Assembly (NCBI RefSeq): GCF_006345805.1
Contig: NC_043019.1
Span: forward strand, 18,537,360-18,601,359
Length of the DNA stretch: 64,000 bases
DNA from: Octopus sinensis
Taxonomy: Eukaryota
Direction of reading: 5' to 3'
Numbering within the stretch: position 1 is the first letter of the stretch; every line of letters starts with the position of its first letter. The position numbers and the translations under genes are program-made. Below are positions 34,993-48,965 of this stretch, one piece after another. The notes under the pieces are model-generated. The model was not told where the DNA came from and did not search any database. It saw only the letters and a list, made by a program, of their open reading frames with translations.

Positions 34993-36596
34993 TCATCATC
35001 ATCATCATCGTTTAACGTCCGTTTTCCATGGACGGTTTGACCAGGGTCTGGGAAGCCAGGAGGCTGCACCAGGCTCCAGTCTGATATGGCAGTGTTTCTA
35101 CAGCTAGATGCCGTTCCTAATGTCAACGCGAGTGTAGTGGATGCTTTTTACGTGCCACCAGCGCAGGTGTCAGCGGAGGCTGGCAACGTCCACAATCGGA
35201 TGGTGCTTTTTACGTGCCACTGGCACAGAAGCCAGTAAAGGCTGTGCTGGCATCGGCCACGTACGGATGGTGCTTTTAACGTGCCACCGGCACAGGTAAC
35301 ACAACTACAATTTCCATTTGATTTTTTTCATGCTGATGTACTTGACTCAAGCACAGCAGGCCGTCCTGTGATCCAAACCACTTTAGATGGGCTGGGGCTT
35401 CTATGTGAAGCTGGTGCAGGAAACAGCTATGAGCTCACATTATTTGTCGGGTCTTCGCAGTCACAGCATATCTCCAGAGGTCTTGGTCTTTCGTCATTGC
35501 CTCTGTTAGAGGTCATGCTTGACCACCTCATCCCATGTCTTTCTGGGTCTACCTCTATCCCGGATTCCTTCAACTGTTTGGAAGTGGCACTTCTTCACAC
35601 ATCTCTCCTCATCCATCCGTAGTATATGACCATACCAGCACAGACGTCTCTCTTGCACACCACATCTGATGCTTCTTATGTCCTGCATTTCTCTCAGGGC
35701 ACTTACACTCTGTTGTGTATGCACACTGACATTACACATCCAGCGGATCATGCTAGCTTCATTTCTTTCAAGCCTACGGATGTCCTCTGCAGTCACAGCC
35801 CATGTTTCACTACCGTGAAGCATAGAAGTTTGCACACATATGTCGTACAATCTATCTTTTACTCTGAACAAGAGACCCTTTGTCACCAGTAGGGGTAGGA
35901 GCTTTCTAAACTTTTCCCAGGCTATTCTTATTCTAGTGATGACACTCTCTGAGCATCCACCCCTACTACTAACTTGGTCATGTAGGTAGCGGAAACTATC
36001 AACTACTTCTAGTTTCTCCCCCAGGAGTGTAATGGAATCTGTTTTCTGAGTCGCACACAAAAGCTATCATCTCGGTTAATTTTCCTTTGATGGTGCTGCA
36101 CCTCTTATGTGTCCATAGCTTACACTGGGTACATCATATGGAGTTTCTACCAAGCCCTTTTCTCCAAATCGAGCAGGGCCACCTGCCTGAAGGGGTGTGT
36201 GGTGTGTTTGCCTTCCTACTCACTAGAACTTTGGTCTTTGTTACATTGACTCTAAGGCCTTTTGATTCTAAACCTAGCTTCCACACCTGAAATTTCTTTT
36301 CTAGTTCTGGTAGTGATTCTGCTATGAGGGCCAGGTTATCAGCATAGAGCAACTCCCAGGGGCAATCCTTCTTGAATTCCTCTGTTATAGCCTGGAGGAT
36401 TATGATGAATAAAAGGGGGATGAGGGCTGAACCTTGGTGGACGCCTACTTCTACCCGGAATTCTCCACTATACTCATTGCCAATCCTAACCTTGCTGGCG
36501 GCCTCTCTGTATAGGGCCTGTACAGCCCTTATTAACCATTCACCAATCTCCAGCTTCCGCATCGCCCACCAGATAAGGGATCGGGGACCCTGTCAA
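34993..36596 (-). mobile_element. RTE LINE, 5'-truncated
   Basis: GVHQGS, WELLYAD, LHGSETW, WYGHILRM motifs; 3' UTR and (CAT)n on the plus strand. Confidence 0.92.
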
Positions 36597-36938
36597 ATTT
36601 TCCAGTAATAATATACTATAGCTTGGTATTTTTTGCTTCTATAAGCTTGAATATATTTTCATAGATAAAATAAATATTTATATCTATTTATTCTACTTTT
36701 ATTTATACCACATTTTTAACAAGATAAATTTATTTTAAACACTAAGTCCTACGTATTAAGTTTAAAGATTTTAGTTAACAGAATATATTCAATAAGATAT
36801 TTTGTGTTTTTGCTTTAAGATATACTGTTGGATTTTTGTTCGATTTTTTATTGAAAGATTACGTATTTTTATATATATTTATACTTTCTTATTAGATAAT
36901 ATACGTATATTCATTTAATTATTTTATTGTCTTTATCT

Positions 36939-37023
36939 TGGACCTGATGAGTGACTATATTTAAATTGAATTGATTTTACTGTTATCAGTTTGAAAATAT
37001 AGCCACGAAACGCATGTAGTCTA
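36939..37023 (+). ncRNA. Type I hammerhead ribozyme with canonical core and long stem II
   Basis: tggac CTGATGA gtgactatattt...aaatatagccac GAAA cgcatg TA gtcta; predicted cleavage after 37018; inside an AT-rich pLTR-like tract 36600-37275. Confidence 0.82.
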
Positions 37024-37280
37024 TTTACTAATTATATACTATTTATTTATTATTTTGTACTTAATTTAGTTTTAGGTAAATGTTTTATCATATCTTCAAT
37101 TTTTTTTCTGTATGGTATGATTTAAGTATATCATTGTTGAATTGCTACATGGTGGTTCTTCCCTAATTTATATACATATATTATATATTGTTAAATTCAA
37201 TTTAGTATTACTAAATTGAATTTTTCCCTGTAAGTTTGGAATCATATTCCCTAATATTATTATTATTATTATATATACAC

Positions 37281-37662
37281 ATGGCACTCCATCGCTTACA
37301 ATGACGAGGGTTCCAGTTGAATCCGATCAACGGAACAGCCTGCTTGTGAAATTAACGTGCAAGTGGCTGAGGACTCCACATACACGTATACCCTTAATGT
37401 AGTTCTCGGGGATATTCAGTGTCACACAGAGTGTGACAGGGCTTGGCCTTTGAATTACAGGCACAGCAGAAACAGGAAGTAAGAGTGAGAGAAAGTTGTG
37501 GCGAAAGAGTACAGCAGGGTTTGCCATCATCCCCCTGCCGGAGCCTCGTGGAGCTTTAGGTGTTTTCGCTCAATAAACACTCACAATGCCCGGTCTGGGA
37601 ATTGAAACCGCAATCATATGACCACAAGCCCGCTGCCCTAACCACTGGGCCATTGTGCCTCC
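37281..37662 (-). mobile_element. tRNA-derived SINE (second family)
   Basis: Head GGAGGCACAATGGCCCAGTGGTTAGG ... GGTTTCAATTCCC with A and B boxes. Confidence 0.75.
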
Positions 37663-38892
37663 ACATATATATGCAACTGTATCATTGTGTGTGTAGACCA
37701 CTCTTTTACCATCCGGGACATGCAAGCAGACAACCTCATTTGCCTTCTTCCCCGCCCAATAATAGTGGATTATAACCCTTTTAATACACATCTTATTATT
37801 TCTATATCTTTATATCACACTGCCCCTTGGTAACCAGATCGTCTCTTGCCCTGCTTTTCCGCTTCTGATCTGTAAATGTCAAAACACAGTACTGACCAAC
37901 TTTTTCATATACTTCGGGATGACTCTTATACCTTATTTATTGTTTTTGCTTTGTGTCGGCCATTTGTGTATGCTACTTGTTTGTATCTGTTTTATATTTC
38001 AATTTTATTTGATGATGTGATTCTGGATTGACATAATCGAATATATTTTACAAATCATATTTCATATCTGTGATTATTCATTGGTCTTCATTGATCACAG
38101 AAACATTCGTAACATACATCAAATAGAAGAAATTTCATGTTTTATATTATTTTCTCATACTAGAAGCACTCTTCATACTACGTAAGAGCCTTGCACTGGT
38201 TGTATGTTCCTTTACAAGATCATGTAGCAGAGGTGGGGAGTAGAGGATTCACACTGCCTGCTTCTTATTTCTGCGATCACAAAATAAATTCTTTACAATG
38301 ATCAGCAACTCATTTTAGATCATTTTGCTTTGGCAATTATCTTTATATATTTGTTGTTGTTGTTTTTTTTCTTTAGCTTTACAACCAAAATGCATCGGCT
38401 GCAAGGTTTTGGGTGAATGTATTTGTGGCAGGTCGGTTTGGGTTACTGAAACAGTAGATCTATGTATGATGAGGGAATGTCGATGTGTCTACGAAGAATG
38501 GCGAGTGATCGGTGCTTTCATAGGTAAGAATACACTAACATTTTCTGCAGTGATTAATAATTTCAAATACCGAATTCTATCAAAGCGACAAGCTCATATA
38601 CTTTTGAGTACGATGGATAAAATCGATTTAATTACTCCAATACTCTTCAAGTACTTGTTTTATCGAGTACCAGCAGAGTACTGGGGTAATTAAATCAATA
38701 TTACATTTCTTCAAAATGTGTGCTGTTTTGCCTTTGATAGAATTCAACAGTTCAAAGTATTTAGTCTTTCATTTTGGCTATTGTTCCTGATTAGCATCCA
38801 TCTTTATTCATACATAGTCTAGCTAACAGTTAACTTTCTTTGTGATTATTCATACCTGATTCATCAGACACATAATCATCTTCTACTTGGAA

Positions 38893-38957
<65 letters not shown>

Positions 38958-39049
38958 CATACATACATGCTGTATATATTGATAGACCACTAAATTAAAC
39001 ACACTACATTGTTCATTTTCAAAATGAAATGAAGTTATGTTCACAAACA

Positions 39050-41960
39050 AATGCATGGTGGCAATCACATCGACAATGCCCTTCTTAATACATGTGACGT
39101 TCCAGTTAAAACAATCTTTTGTACTTCTTGGTAAACAAGGGATCATTCTCAAATAATTTTGAGTTCCTTCTTTGATCATTCTTAGTGTTCCTACAATCAC
39201 TGGTATTGTAACCGCCTTGAAATGCCACATTTTTTCAATTTGAATGAGCAAAATCTTAAAATTTTCTGAGCTTGTCTAATTCTTTTTCCAAGATATTATG
39301 TTCACAAGGAATGTTCATGTTGATCGATAAACAAACTTTATTGTTTTGGTCTTTCACAATATCCGGTTTATTAGCTTTGATGGTTTCTGACTGTATGTAC
39401 TGGACATGGAAGTCCCAAAGAATCGTTAGATTTTCTTCCTCTGTTACAACCTTAGGGCAGTGATTATAAACCTTGTCAGTAATTTTGACTTTATAATACT
39501 GTCATATTAACCAGCGTAGATATAGGCTAGCTCTGTCGTGTTTTGATGTTTACTCTGCTGGTACTAAAACTTTAGATCTAGAGAGTAGGTGGTTCACTGA
39601 CTCAATTATATCCTGTCAGAATTTGCATTTTGAATCAACTCCCATTTTCTTCATATTGGCTTGGTATTTCCAGGTCAATAAGTTTTGATACAGGGCAGCT
39701 AATATGAAGCTCTCGCTCTCTACCTTTAGCCCTGAACACCATAGCCACAGATGGGTATGCTTCTGATCTACATCATTTTGTTTGCTACGGACCACATATT
39801 TGCCATGCAGTGATTTCTGCTCCCACCTATCAGCCAACTGCTTGTACGCATTTTACTTCCCTCAGGTTGTCCAGCCTGGGCATCATGTGTAAAATCAACA
39901 TCATTTTTATTTTTGCTCTCCTTTATGACAGAATGAAGTTTCTTACGTCTCTCTTGGTTTTCAATGAGTTTTAGCATCCAGTCGTTTGTTGTTTCAAATT
40001 GGATCAGGCCTTGACCTCCATGGATTCTGAGAAGGTAAAAAGGATCCACATCTACCTTTGGATGGTGCATCTTATTACAAATGAGCAACTTGCGTATTTT
40101 TGTCGATTTTCTTCACTTCAGTGGTATTCCAATTCAACGCATTATATTTATAAGTAACAACTGGAACTGCTAAGAAATTTATGTGCATTTAGCTCAGATT
40201 TTAAGACTGCTCAAACTCTCCTAGAACATTCCTTCCTGATCTTCCCTTTCATGATTGCATGTTAAATACCACAGTCTTCATTTATTCTGATTTGTTCTGG
40301 CAGAAGTTCTTTTATAACTTTGTCAACATCTCGGTGGCATTTTATCATGTCCAATAATTTATTTGCTTTCTTCTTGACAAATTCTTCTCCTCTGTTCGGG
40401 TTTATGCCTCTTATGACTAATGAGGCCGATTCTTGGATGGAAGCGTCTGGTGCAAATTTCACAAGAGATCCATGATAGAGACTTTGGTCATTGCAGCCTC
40501 CATTTTATTTCTTGTCATTCCTCTTTCTCTTTCTTCTGTCGTTCAGCTTCAAAATGTCACAGTGGAGATGGAATGATGCCAGCAGGGCCTGTCCTGAACT
40601 TCAATGTCTCAAGCTTTGGGATTGATTCCAGTCAGTTTTAGGCTTTGCTACAGTTGATCTTTGTATCGACAGAGGGGAAGGCCAAGGAGTCGTCTTCCAG
40701 TGGAAAGTTCACCATATAAAATTTAACGCGGCAGCCTGGTTTCTTTCATTCTTGTTATGTGGCCCGCAAATCTCAGACAATGTTTCAGGATGGTAGCCAC
40801 GATGCTACTGATTTTAGTTCTCTCCAAAATGGAAACATCGGTAACATAGCCATTCCATTTGATATTCATAAAGAGCAGAGCTTCTGCTGATGAAATCACT
40901 CTAGTTTTTTGATGTCACTTCAGTAAAGAGTCCAGATTTCACAACCATAGAGGAGAGTAGAGATCACAACTGCTTGGTAGGCACTCAATTTTGTTTTGTG
41001 GTTCAGATCTTTGTTCTTAAAGACCCTTTTGCGAGTCCAACAAACGCGGTGTGAGCTGCTCTTAATCGGTTCTCCAGGTCCTCTTCTGATGTGCACTTAT
41101 TCGAAAGCAAATTTCTAAGGTATGGAAAGTGGTCAACATCTAATACAACTGAATTTGTGGTCTTCAATTTCCATTTCTGGGAAGTGGGCTTGGCACACTT
41201 ATCAATACCAAACTTCATCCCGATATCATCAACGAATACTTTCACAGTACGTAATAGACCTTCAAGCTTATTACTATCTTTGCCATAGCATTTTACATCA
41301 TCCATATAAAATAGATAGCTTATTTTCTTAATGTCAAGTTTACACCCATACCCTGTTCTGTTATGTTCATTTGTAAGGGGTTTTAGAGCTATGTAAAAAA
41401 ATTAGAGATGAAAGTGAGTCACCTTAGAAAATGTCACAATTGATGATAATATTGTTTGAAGCTATCATCCCAATATAGTGAGATTTGTATTCCCCAATGT
41501 CACATTATGCTTCAGGAAGTTTGAAATTACTGGAGAAATTTTGAAGATGTCCAGCGATTTCAAGATCAATGAATGCGATATGCTGTTCAGAGCCTTTTTT
41601 TAAATCAATCCATGCGAGACTGAGATTTCTGCAATTGTTGTGACAGTTCTTCAGGATCATGTGATTAATTAGGTGTTGATCTTTGCATCCATATGAGCCT
41701 CGACGGTACCCTTTTTGTTCAGTGAGGAAAATATTGTCCAGTTCCATAAATGTATATGTTTACTCCACGAAGACAGATGTTAAAATTTTATATAGGTTTT
41801 TTAAAATTTTGGCTTCATTATTCTTTTGGAGTAGGTAAGTAATACTATTTGCTAATCAACTAAGCATTTTTCTTAGGATCCCGCATAATTTTATTAAACA
41901 GCTGAATTAAATTTTCGTGTGCACACGGGAGCGATGAGGGCCAGAAATTTGGCACCCTGT
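39050..41960 (-). mobile_element. R4/Dong-clade LINE, decayed, interrupted by an RTE
   Basis: EQKGYRRGSYGCKDQ, MDDVK...FGIDKC, HHPKVDVD, SLHGKY...GLKVESE, IPVIVGTL. Confidence 0.88.
40332..41131 (-). mobile_element. BovB-like RTE 3' fragment nested in R4/Dong, with 10-bp TSD
   Basis: FPYL..LLS, LLYGCEIW, CEICTRRFHPRIGLISH; TSD GTCAACATCT at 40322-40331 and 41132-41141. Confidence 0.85.
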
Positions 41961-42037
41961 GTATACACCATTGATCTATTTTTTCTTTTTACAATGTTTA
42001 GTGAAATTTTCCTGTACTTTAGAGTTTTTGTAATTGT

Positions 42038-42450
42038 GTACTCTTTTTACTCCTTTTTACTCTTTTTACTTGTTTCAGTCATTTAACTGCGGCCATGCTG
42101 GAGCACCGCCTTTAGTCGAGCAAATCGACCCCGGGACTTATTCTTTGTAAGCCCAGTACTTATTCTATCGGTCTCTTTTGACAGGGACGTAAACACACCA
42201 GCATCGGTTGTCAAGCAATGCTAGGGGAACAAACACAGACACACAAACATATTCACACACACTTATATATATATATACATATATACGACAGGCTTCTTTC
42301 AGTTTCCGTCTACCAAATCCACTCACAAGGCATTGGTCGGCCCGGGGCTATAGCAGAAGACACTTGCCCAAGATGCCACGCAGTGGGACTGAACCCGGAA
42401 CCATGTGGTTGGTTAGCAAGCTACTTACCAAACAGCCACTCCTGCGCCTA
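42038..42450 (-). mobile_element. tRNA-derived SINE, near full length
   Basis: Head GGCGCAGGAGTGGCTGTTTGGTAAG ... GGTTCAGTCCC; tail of GTAAAAAG(A/G) repeats. Confidence 0.8.
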
Positions 42451-43329
42451 TAGTTTCTTAATATAACAGTTACTTATTTTCTGTTGTTGATATTATTTCT
42501 AGCAAATCTATCCGTCTACGATGGGGCCATAAAACGAGGGAAGGAAGTCATAACAGAAGTATGTATTGAGATAAGTCCATGATAGATTACTGGGTGATGT
42601 CTTGGGAAAATCACATTATTGTTGGTAATACAGCATTCTATAGCAGCTATATGACATGTGTTTGCGATTAAGTGACGTGATGATGATCCACTCCCAAACT
42701 GAAATAGGCTCCCAGCCTCTGTATCATGAATGGTTATGTGGACCACTCCTAACGAAAGCCAAAGCTTCTTTCAACCACTACATAAAAAGTATTAAGAAAA
42801 AATTGTTACTTAGATATACTTTTATTTTAGTTGTTTACACTATTTTATGCTGGTTTATACTCTTACACATTCAAAGTTCACAAATTTCCTTATTTAAATT
42901 ATGAATCATATTCCTTTCGATAAAATCAATATGATTACAAAACTTCTTTGTAGACGATATTTTCTGTTTGGTGTACACTAATTTTCAAGTTGCTCTACTC
43001 ATTGCGATGTGTAATTGGCCACATGTAAACATTGGAGTGGGTAAAAATACGCCTACACAATCTAAAGCCTGGCCCAGTGTCTTCTTTACTGTAAATGTGC
43101 ATGCTGAATCATTAGGGTTGCAAATACTTAAACTAAGACTTGCCGCTCACTGTTCTGTGCAAATAATGTCTGGATGTTCTTGTACCATGGGTTATTTTGA
43201 TCGACAAAACTGAGATGTAAACAACAGCTGCTTCGATTAGCGGTTTCGAATCTTGCTCGAGACCTTGTATACTGACACACACTTTTTCCATTTTATTTTT
43301 GCTATTAACCGTCCTCATGACCCCCTTCG

Positions 43330-43900
43330 TATCTACGATGGAGCCACGAACTATACAATGAAAATCCAGAGTTACTCGTGGTTGGTGAATTTTTTCATAA
43401 ATATGCGAAAGTAGTTTAGCAATTCAAAAATCAATATCCACAAAATAATCATACTTTGTGATGTTTTAATGCTAAAAGCCTTCCTTACGACCATGTTTGT
43501 AATCCTGAAAACTATTGTAACAATTGGTCCAGCTGTGAAGAGGGAACAGACAAAGAGATTGAGAGACGGACGTAACTTCCATTATAGTAAGATAGCAAAT
43601 CTCCTCATCTACGATGGGAAATAAAGGGATATTATTGCAAATCTAAACCCTCTAAATTCATGAACTATACGGGATGGGGGGATTCCAAAGTTAATCCTCG
43701 TCGCCGGAATTTAAAAACAAAAAAAATCAAAGGTGATTTAGTAATACAAATCACAATATCCACTAAATAATCATACTTTTTCACACTTTTTTTGCTAAAA
43801 ATCTTCCTGATTACCTGCTTCATAATCCCGACCATTGGTCCAGTCATTTGAGCATGAAGAGGGAAAAGAGAAATGGACATAATGCCCATTATAGCAAGAT
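43330..43900. repeat. Two tandem decayed copies of a ~300-bp non-autonomous element (Helitron/Helentron-like)
   Basis: Both start near TCTACGATGG, share aatatccac..aataatcatacttt, and end CCATTATAG(T/C)AAGAT. Confidence 0.45.
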
Positions 43901-43929
43901 TGTTATTATTATTATTATCATTATTATAT

Positions 43930-46900
43930 GCAAACTCACAGCTTATTTTGCTGGATATGATGGAAAATGTCAGCTGTCCACGGGTGACACATGTTTACTG
44001 AGAATGCTTCAAGAACCTCGCAAAGAATTCTCGCAGTTCCAAGTAATGCTGATTTTTGTAGGTGTTCTACCTTCACACTCGCATTGATCTTTTTCAGCCA
44101 TGTTGGCAGTTGAGTGATGATACTGCCAAGTGCACCAATTACTATTGGTACCACATCTTCCCTCTTCATTGACCACAACCTTTGTATTTCCCACTTCAAA
44201 TTGTTATAGTTGTTTATTTTTTCTCCTTCTTTCACATTGATCCTGTTGTCACCAGAGCATGCTATATGGATTTTCATACACGTTCTTACTTGCCACATCC
44301 AAGATATCTCAGTCTCAAGGTTCTTATATTTGGACAATTTTTCAAATTCCTTTGCTGAGATGTTTCTATCAGTAAGCACTGTCATATCAATTAACAGGCA
44401 GTTTTTTTGTTGTATATCTCTGATGTCGATATCTGGTCTGTTAGCATTTATTTGCCTGTTTGTATCCCATAATCCTATAGGATGGTAACATTTTCTCTCT
44501 CAGTGACTGGCTCTGGATGGTGTTCATACTAGTTCTTAGTGGGCGGGATATGGTATATGAGGCCAGTGCAAATATTGGCCTGGTTTTATATCCTGTAAGG
44601 GCAGCCAGCAACGATGTGATCAATACTCTCAAGTTTGTCATTGCAGAGTCTACACTTTGTGACTACTTCATTGTGTATGGCATTAGATTGACAGTTCCAA
44701 GTGGGGAGACTCTGATTGTGTGCCACTAGGATAAATTCTTCTGTTTCGGCTTTCAAACTGACTGCAGCCACTGATGGGTTCTTCTTACATCTACATCAGC
44801 TTCCCCAGCTTGTTTGGGGCATTGTCCAATGGTTTTCTTGCCTCAGTCACGATATTTTGTTCAAGATTTCTTGTCTATCTTTTGTTTTATACTTTTTTGC
44901 TGCCTTAGTGAGTGATGTGTCCTTCTATCATCATCATAATCAGTGGAGTTAAGCTCTCGTCTCTATTTATATGCCTCTTTGAGATTGAGTGCAGTTTTTA
45001 CTCTGTTCATGTTGTCTTCCCAGCTGTATCATCCAGTCGGTGTTACTTGGAATTCTATTGTGGTTGTTTCATAGGGCATTTCAAGCTGGATAAAGCCTCT
45101 GCCGCCTTCCTTTCATGGAAGATAGTGCCTGTGGACGTCTGATTTTGAGTGGTGCATCTTGTTTCTCGCCAGCAGTTTACTGGTCTTTATATCCAAATGC
45201 TGGAGATCACTCGGATTCCAATTCATCGCATTAAATGTATACTGGACAGCTGGTACCACCAGTGAGTTCATAGCTACAATTCTATTCTTTGAGTTCAGCT
45301 CAGTATTTAGGTCCCCTCTGACAGTCTTTAATACCCTTTCTTGATCTTCTCTTTCATTGATCCGTGTTGAATCCCTTTCCCTTCCTGTATCCCAAGATAC
45401 TTATAAAAGTCTTCTTGGTCCTGGTCCTTGATAGATGTATCCTGATCAAGTTGGGTCGTGCTATTAGCTTTCAATTTACCACATATGAACGAAGCTTTTG
45501 CGCACTTGTCAAGGCCAAATTCCATGCTAATGTCATTGTTGAAATGTTCCACATTTACTAGTAGCCCTTTCAGATCTTTGTCGTCTTTTGCATTTAATTT
45601 CAGATCATCCATGGAGAACAAGTGTGAGATGATCTTGTCAAACATTTTGTAACCGTAATTTGTTCTATTTAGCTCGTGGGACAAGGAAATGAGAGAAAGA
45701 CCGAAAAAGAGAGGGAAAAGTAAATCGCCTTGGAATATTTTGATACTCTTTATTGAGAAATAATTTTGTGTTCCTCAGTCCTATACTGTGCTGTAGAAAA
45801 GCTTTTAAGAAAGGAGTGATCCTGTGTGTATTTAGTATCATTAATATCCAGCTATGTGGGACACTGTCAAATGCCTTACCATAGTCAATCCATGTTGTGC
45901 TAAGATTTCGTTTTTTGGATGAGTAATTTTCAAGTATCACATGGTTTATTAATAGCTGATCTTTTCAAACGTATGAGTTCCTTTTGCACTCTTTTTTGTT
46001 CAAGGAGAAGGATGCTATTTTCATAGGGAAATTGATACATCCTTTCGGTGAGGATGGATGTAAGTATTTTGTACATAGCAGTCAATCAAACAAGTTATCA
46101 GCCTGTAGTTTTTTGGTTTTTGTACTACTTGTTTTAGGGAGTAGGTATGTTATCTCTAATGTTAGCCAGCTTGGAGTCTTTTCGGGGCTTTTGATGACAT
46201 TAGAGAAGCATTCCATTAACTAACGGTGTGTTGATGAGAGGCAATTAGGCCAGAAGTTTGGAATTTTATCATGTCTAGGAGACCTCCACTTATGAGTATT
46301 AGATAGAACTCAGTTCCCGCATTGTAACATCGTTGCATCCCTGACCTTCAATTTTAGCCATTCTTTCTTCTCTCCCAACCCATTCAGCTTCCTTATTGAA
46401 TTCCTTTCTTCTGCTCCATATATATATGTATCAGGTGAGTCTTTTACTTTGATCGATTGTTTCCCCAACTCACTGTAAAATTTCTTAACATCAATTTTAA
46501 ATATCTTATTTTGTTTGTAAAATTTGTTTCTCTTTCCATAAGCGTTGGACCTGCATGTTATGCGTAACCATCTCTTTTGCTCTCAGTACTTCATTCAAGT
46601 TTATCCGATTGTATTTTCACTGTATCTTTCTAGCCATTCTTGTCTTTACAATATTTCTTTTGGAGAGTTTGTCTGAGATCGATAATTCCAATTGGAAGTT
46701 CTCGATTGCCTTATTTATGCGCTCTTTCCACCTTCAATAGTCATGTGCTTTTTTGTGAGCCTTTTTCTTTATTTTGACATTGCCCATTTTCTTTGTGACA
46801 GCAGCAGCTGTTGAGTACATAAGGTGGTTTAATGGAGTTAAATCACTCTCAGTCTCAAGGAGAAGCTGCTTCAGGGCAAAGTCATATATTTTGATCGTAC

Positions 46901-47700
46901 AGTGATTTGACTTGGTTTTTTGAAATTTTGGTAGTTGAGCACCCTCATTCCGAGATGTTTAGGGATTCCTCGCTCTCACAGGATATCCTTTTTTGCCTCA
47001 AGTATTTTCTCTTTATTGGCTTCAGCAAATGCATCAGCCATTGCCGCTTCAGGTTCATTTCTACTTCCTGTTACTTTACTTTCTGTTCGGCCATCTACAA
47101 CTTCAGGTTCTAAGTTGCCTAAATCAATATCATGTTCAGGGGTGTCTATATTAATAAGTTGAATGTTTTCCTCCTAGTACCTGTACCATGTAGTTCAGCT
47201 TGATTTTCTGGGATGGTAGTGGCATTATTTCTTATTGTCTCTAATTCTACTTTTGGCAGGTGCTTATTACACATAATGTCTCCACGTACTTTTTCTAATT
47301 TGCTTGCATCAATATAATCAGGGGTGCCATCCCCTATCATTTTTCTCCAAATATTGAAACACGACTCAGTCTTAATGTGACCTTGTTGGTTCTGTGCTGT
47401 GTAGAATGCTGTCTGAAATTGCTTATACTCCTCTCACGTCCATCTATTTTTAGTGATCCTTTCGAATTTATGGTGTGGAGGCTGATTTCTCGGTTCTGAT
47501 TTCCATTAAGATCATTTTCAGAGGAGTTTATTCCAATTTTCAACTTTTCGACCCCAGGTTGGTTCCGCTGTGGGGAACACATCCCTTGGTAACCCATGTG
47601 ATGGATGATGAGATCTAATCTGTTTCTAATCTGCGTTTTACATGAAGAATCCATTTTAACTTTGTTGGCAAGGAGTGATTTTCATCGCTACTCTAGACAG
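43930..47700 (-). mobile_element. R4/Dong-clade LINE, near full length but decayed
   Basis: WIDYGKAFDSVPH, HLFSMDDLK, FGLDKC, YKYLG, LKAETE..QSLPT, CRLC..HIVAGC, KLSKYKNLE, IVIGALG, LQKSALLGTARIL; 3' end at (TTA)n. Confidence 0.92.
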
Positions 47701-47715
47701 ATTTGCTTCATCAAG

Positions 47716-48661
47716 CTTGGAGGGGTCGTCTGTCTGCCCTCATTTGGATGGGCTGTGCTGTGCTGGACATCAACACAGTATTCACAACCCTACAGTAGTG
47801 GATTAAGCATTGCTTTTTAATTAAAACTTGTAGTTTTTGTTCGAGGCATTAAAATACTGTGCAATTGATGCTTGTTTCTATGGTGTACGTATGTGAATTG
47901 TATAAACACAAATATTATATTATATTGCCTAAGAGACAAACTTTCTGTAGAAATGTTCCTATTTCTTTCAACCATTTGTCTATATCTTTACTTACTGTTT
48001 GCACTGCACAAGTTATTGCAGGCACAACTTTTACAAATTCCAAATTGTAAGCGATTGTATTTTTCATCCTCTTTCTTTACAATCCTCGAGTCAAACGTAC
48101 CTCTTCTTCCACATAACATTCTTATGTGCGTCTCATTTGTCTATATATGCAACTATTTGCATGTCCACACACAACTGCACAACTCTATACATATATGTGC
48201 CTATTTGTATATGTTTATATAGATATTGTAGTATCTATTATGTATAGCAATGTGTTTCTATGTAATAACTTTTTTTCGCTGTATTGTGTATTTGTTTCGT
48301 TTTGTATCTAATCATTGTTATGAACCTTCTATATATAAAGGCAGTGTTGTGCATAGTACACCACCTGCACCCATGTTAGTGTATTTACGTGATATTAAAC
48401 AATTTCTGAGGTGAACTTTGTAGTGTAATGGGTCAAATGGAGTTCTAGATAAATGGTTCCATGCTATGCATTTAGGCACATAAATAACGAACTGTGTGTG
48501 TTTCTTGTGTGACTTCATATATTTGTTTCTCTCATCCTTAAGTCTTAAATTTCTTGGAGGGGTCTGTCTGCCCTAATTTAGATGAGCTGTGCTGTGCTGG
48601 ACATCAACACAGTATTCACAACCCTACAGTAGTGGATTAAGCATGGCTTTTTAATTAAAAA
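47716..48661. repeat. ~110-bp direct repeat (47716-47826 and 48553-48661)
   Basis: cttggaggggtc...gctgtgctgtgctggacatcaacacagtattcacaaccctacagtagtggattaagc...ttaattaaaa, nearly identical. Confidence 0.9.
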
Positions 48662-48965
48662 TGTTTTTTTATTGCTCAGGAAGTACAAACTCTTCTCATG
48701 CTGTATTGCATGGGTGTGCGTTTGTAAGTATGTATGTATGTATGCATACATATTCATGTGGAACAGGACAAGCAGGTATTATCAATGTTATTTGGTGATA
48801 TTTAATTGTAAAAGTGCTCCGCTTTTCACCTTCAAATCCCAAGGTCAACTTTCTGTTTCATACCTCCAATGTGGATAAAATAATAATGAACTGTTTCCTC
48901 ACTTTAAAACATTTATAGTCATGTACACATGTCATCTATGAAATTTCTATTCCTCTCTTTTTTAG

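Noticed and set aside
38820-38872. Minus-strand CTGATGA...GAAA
   Set aside because: Intervening sequence does not pair and stem I has no partner
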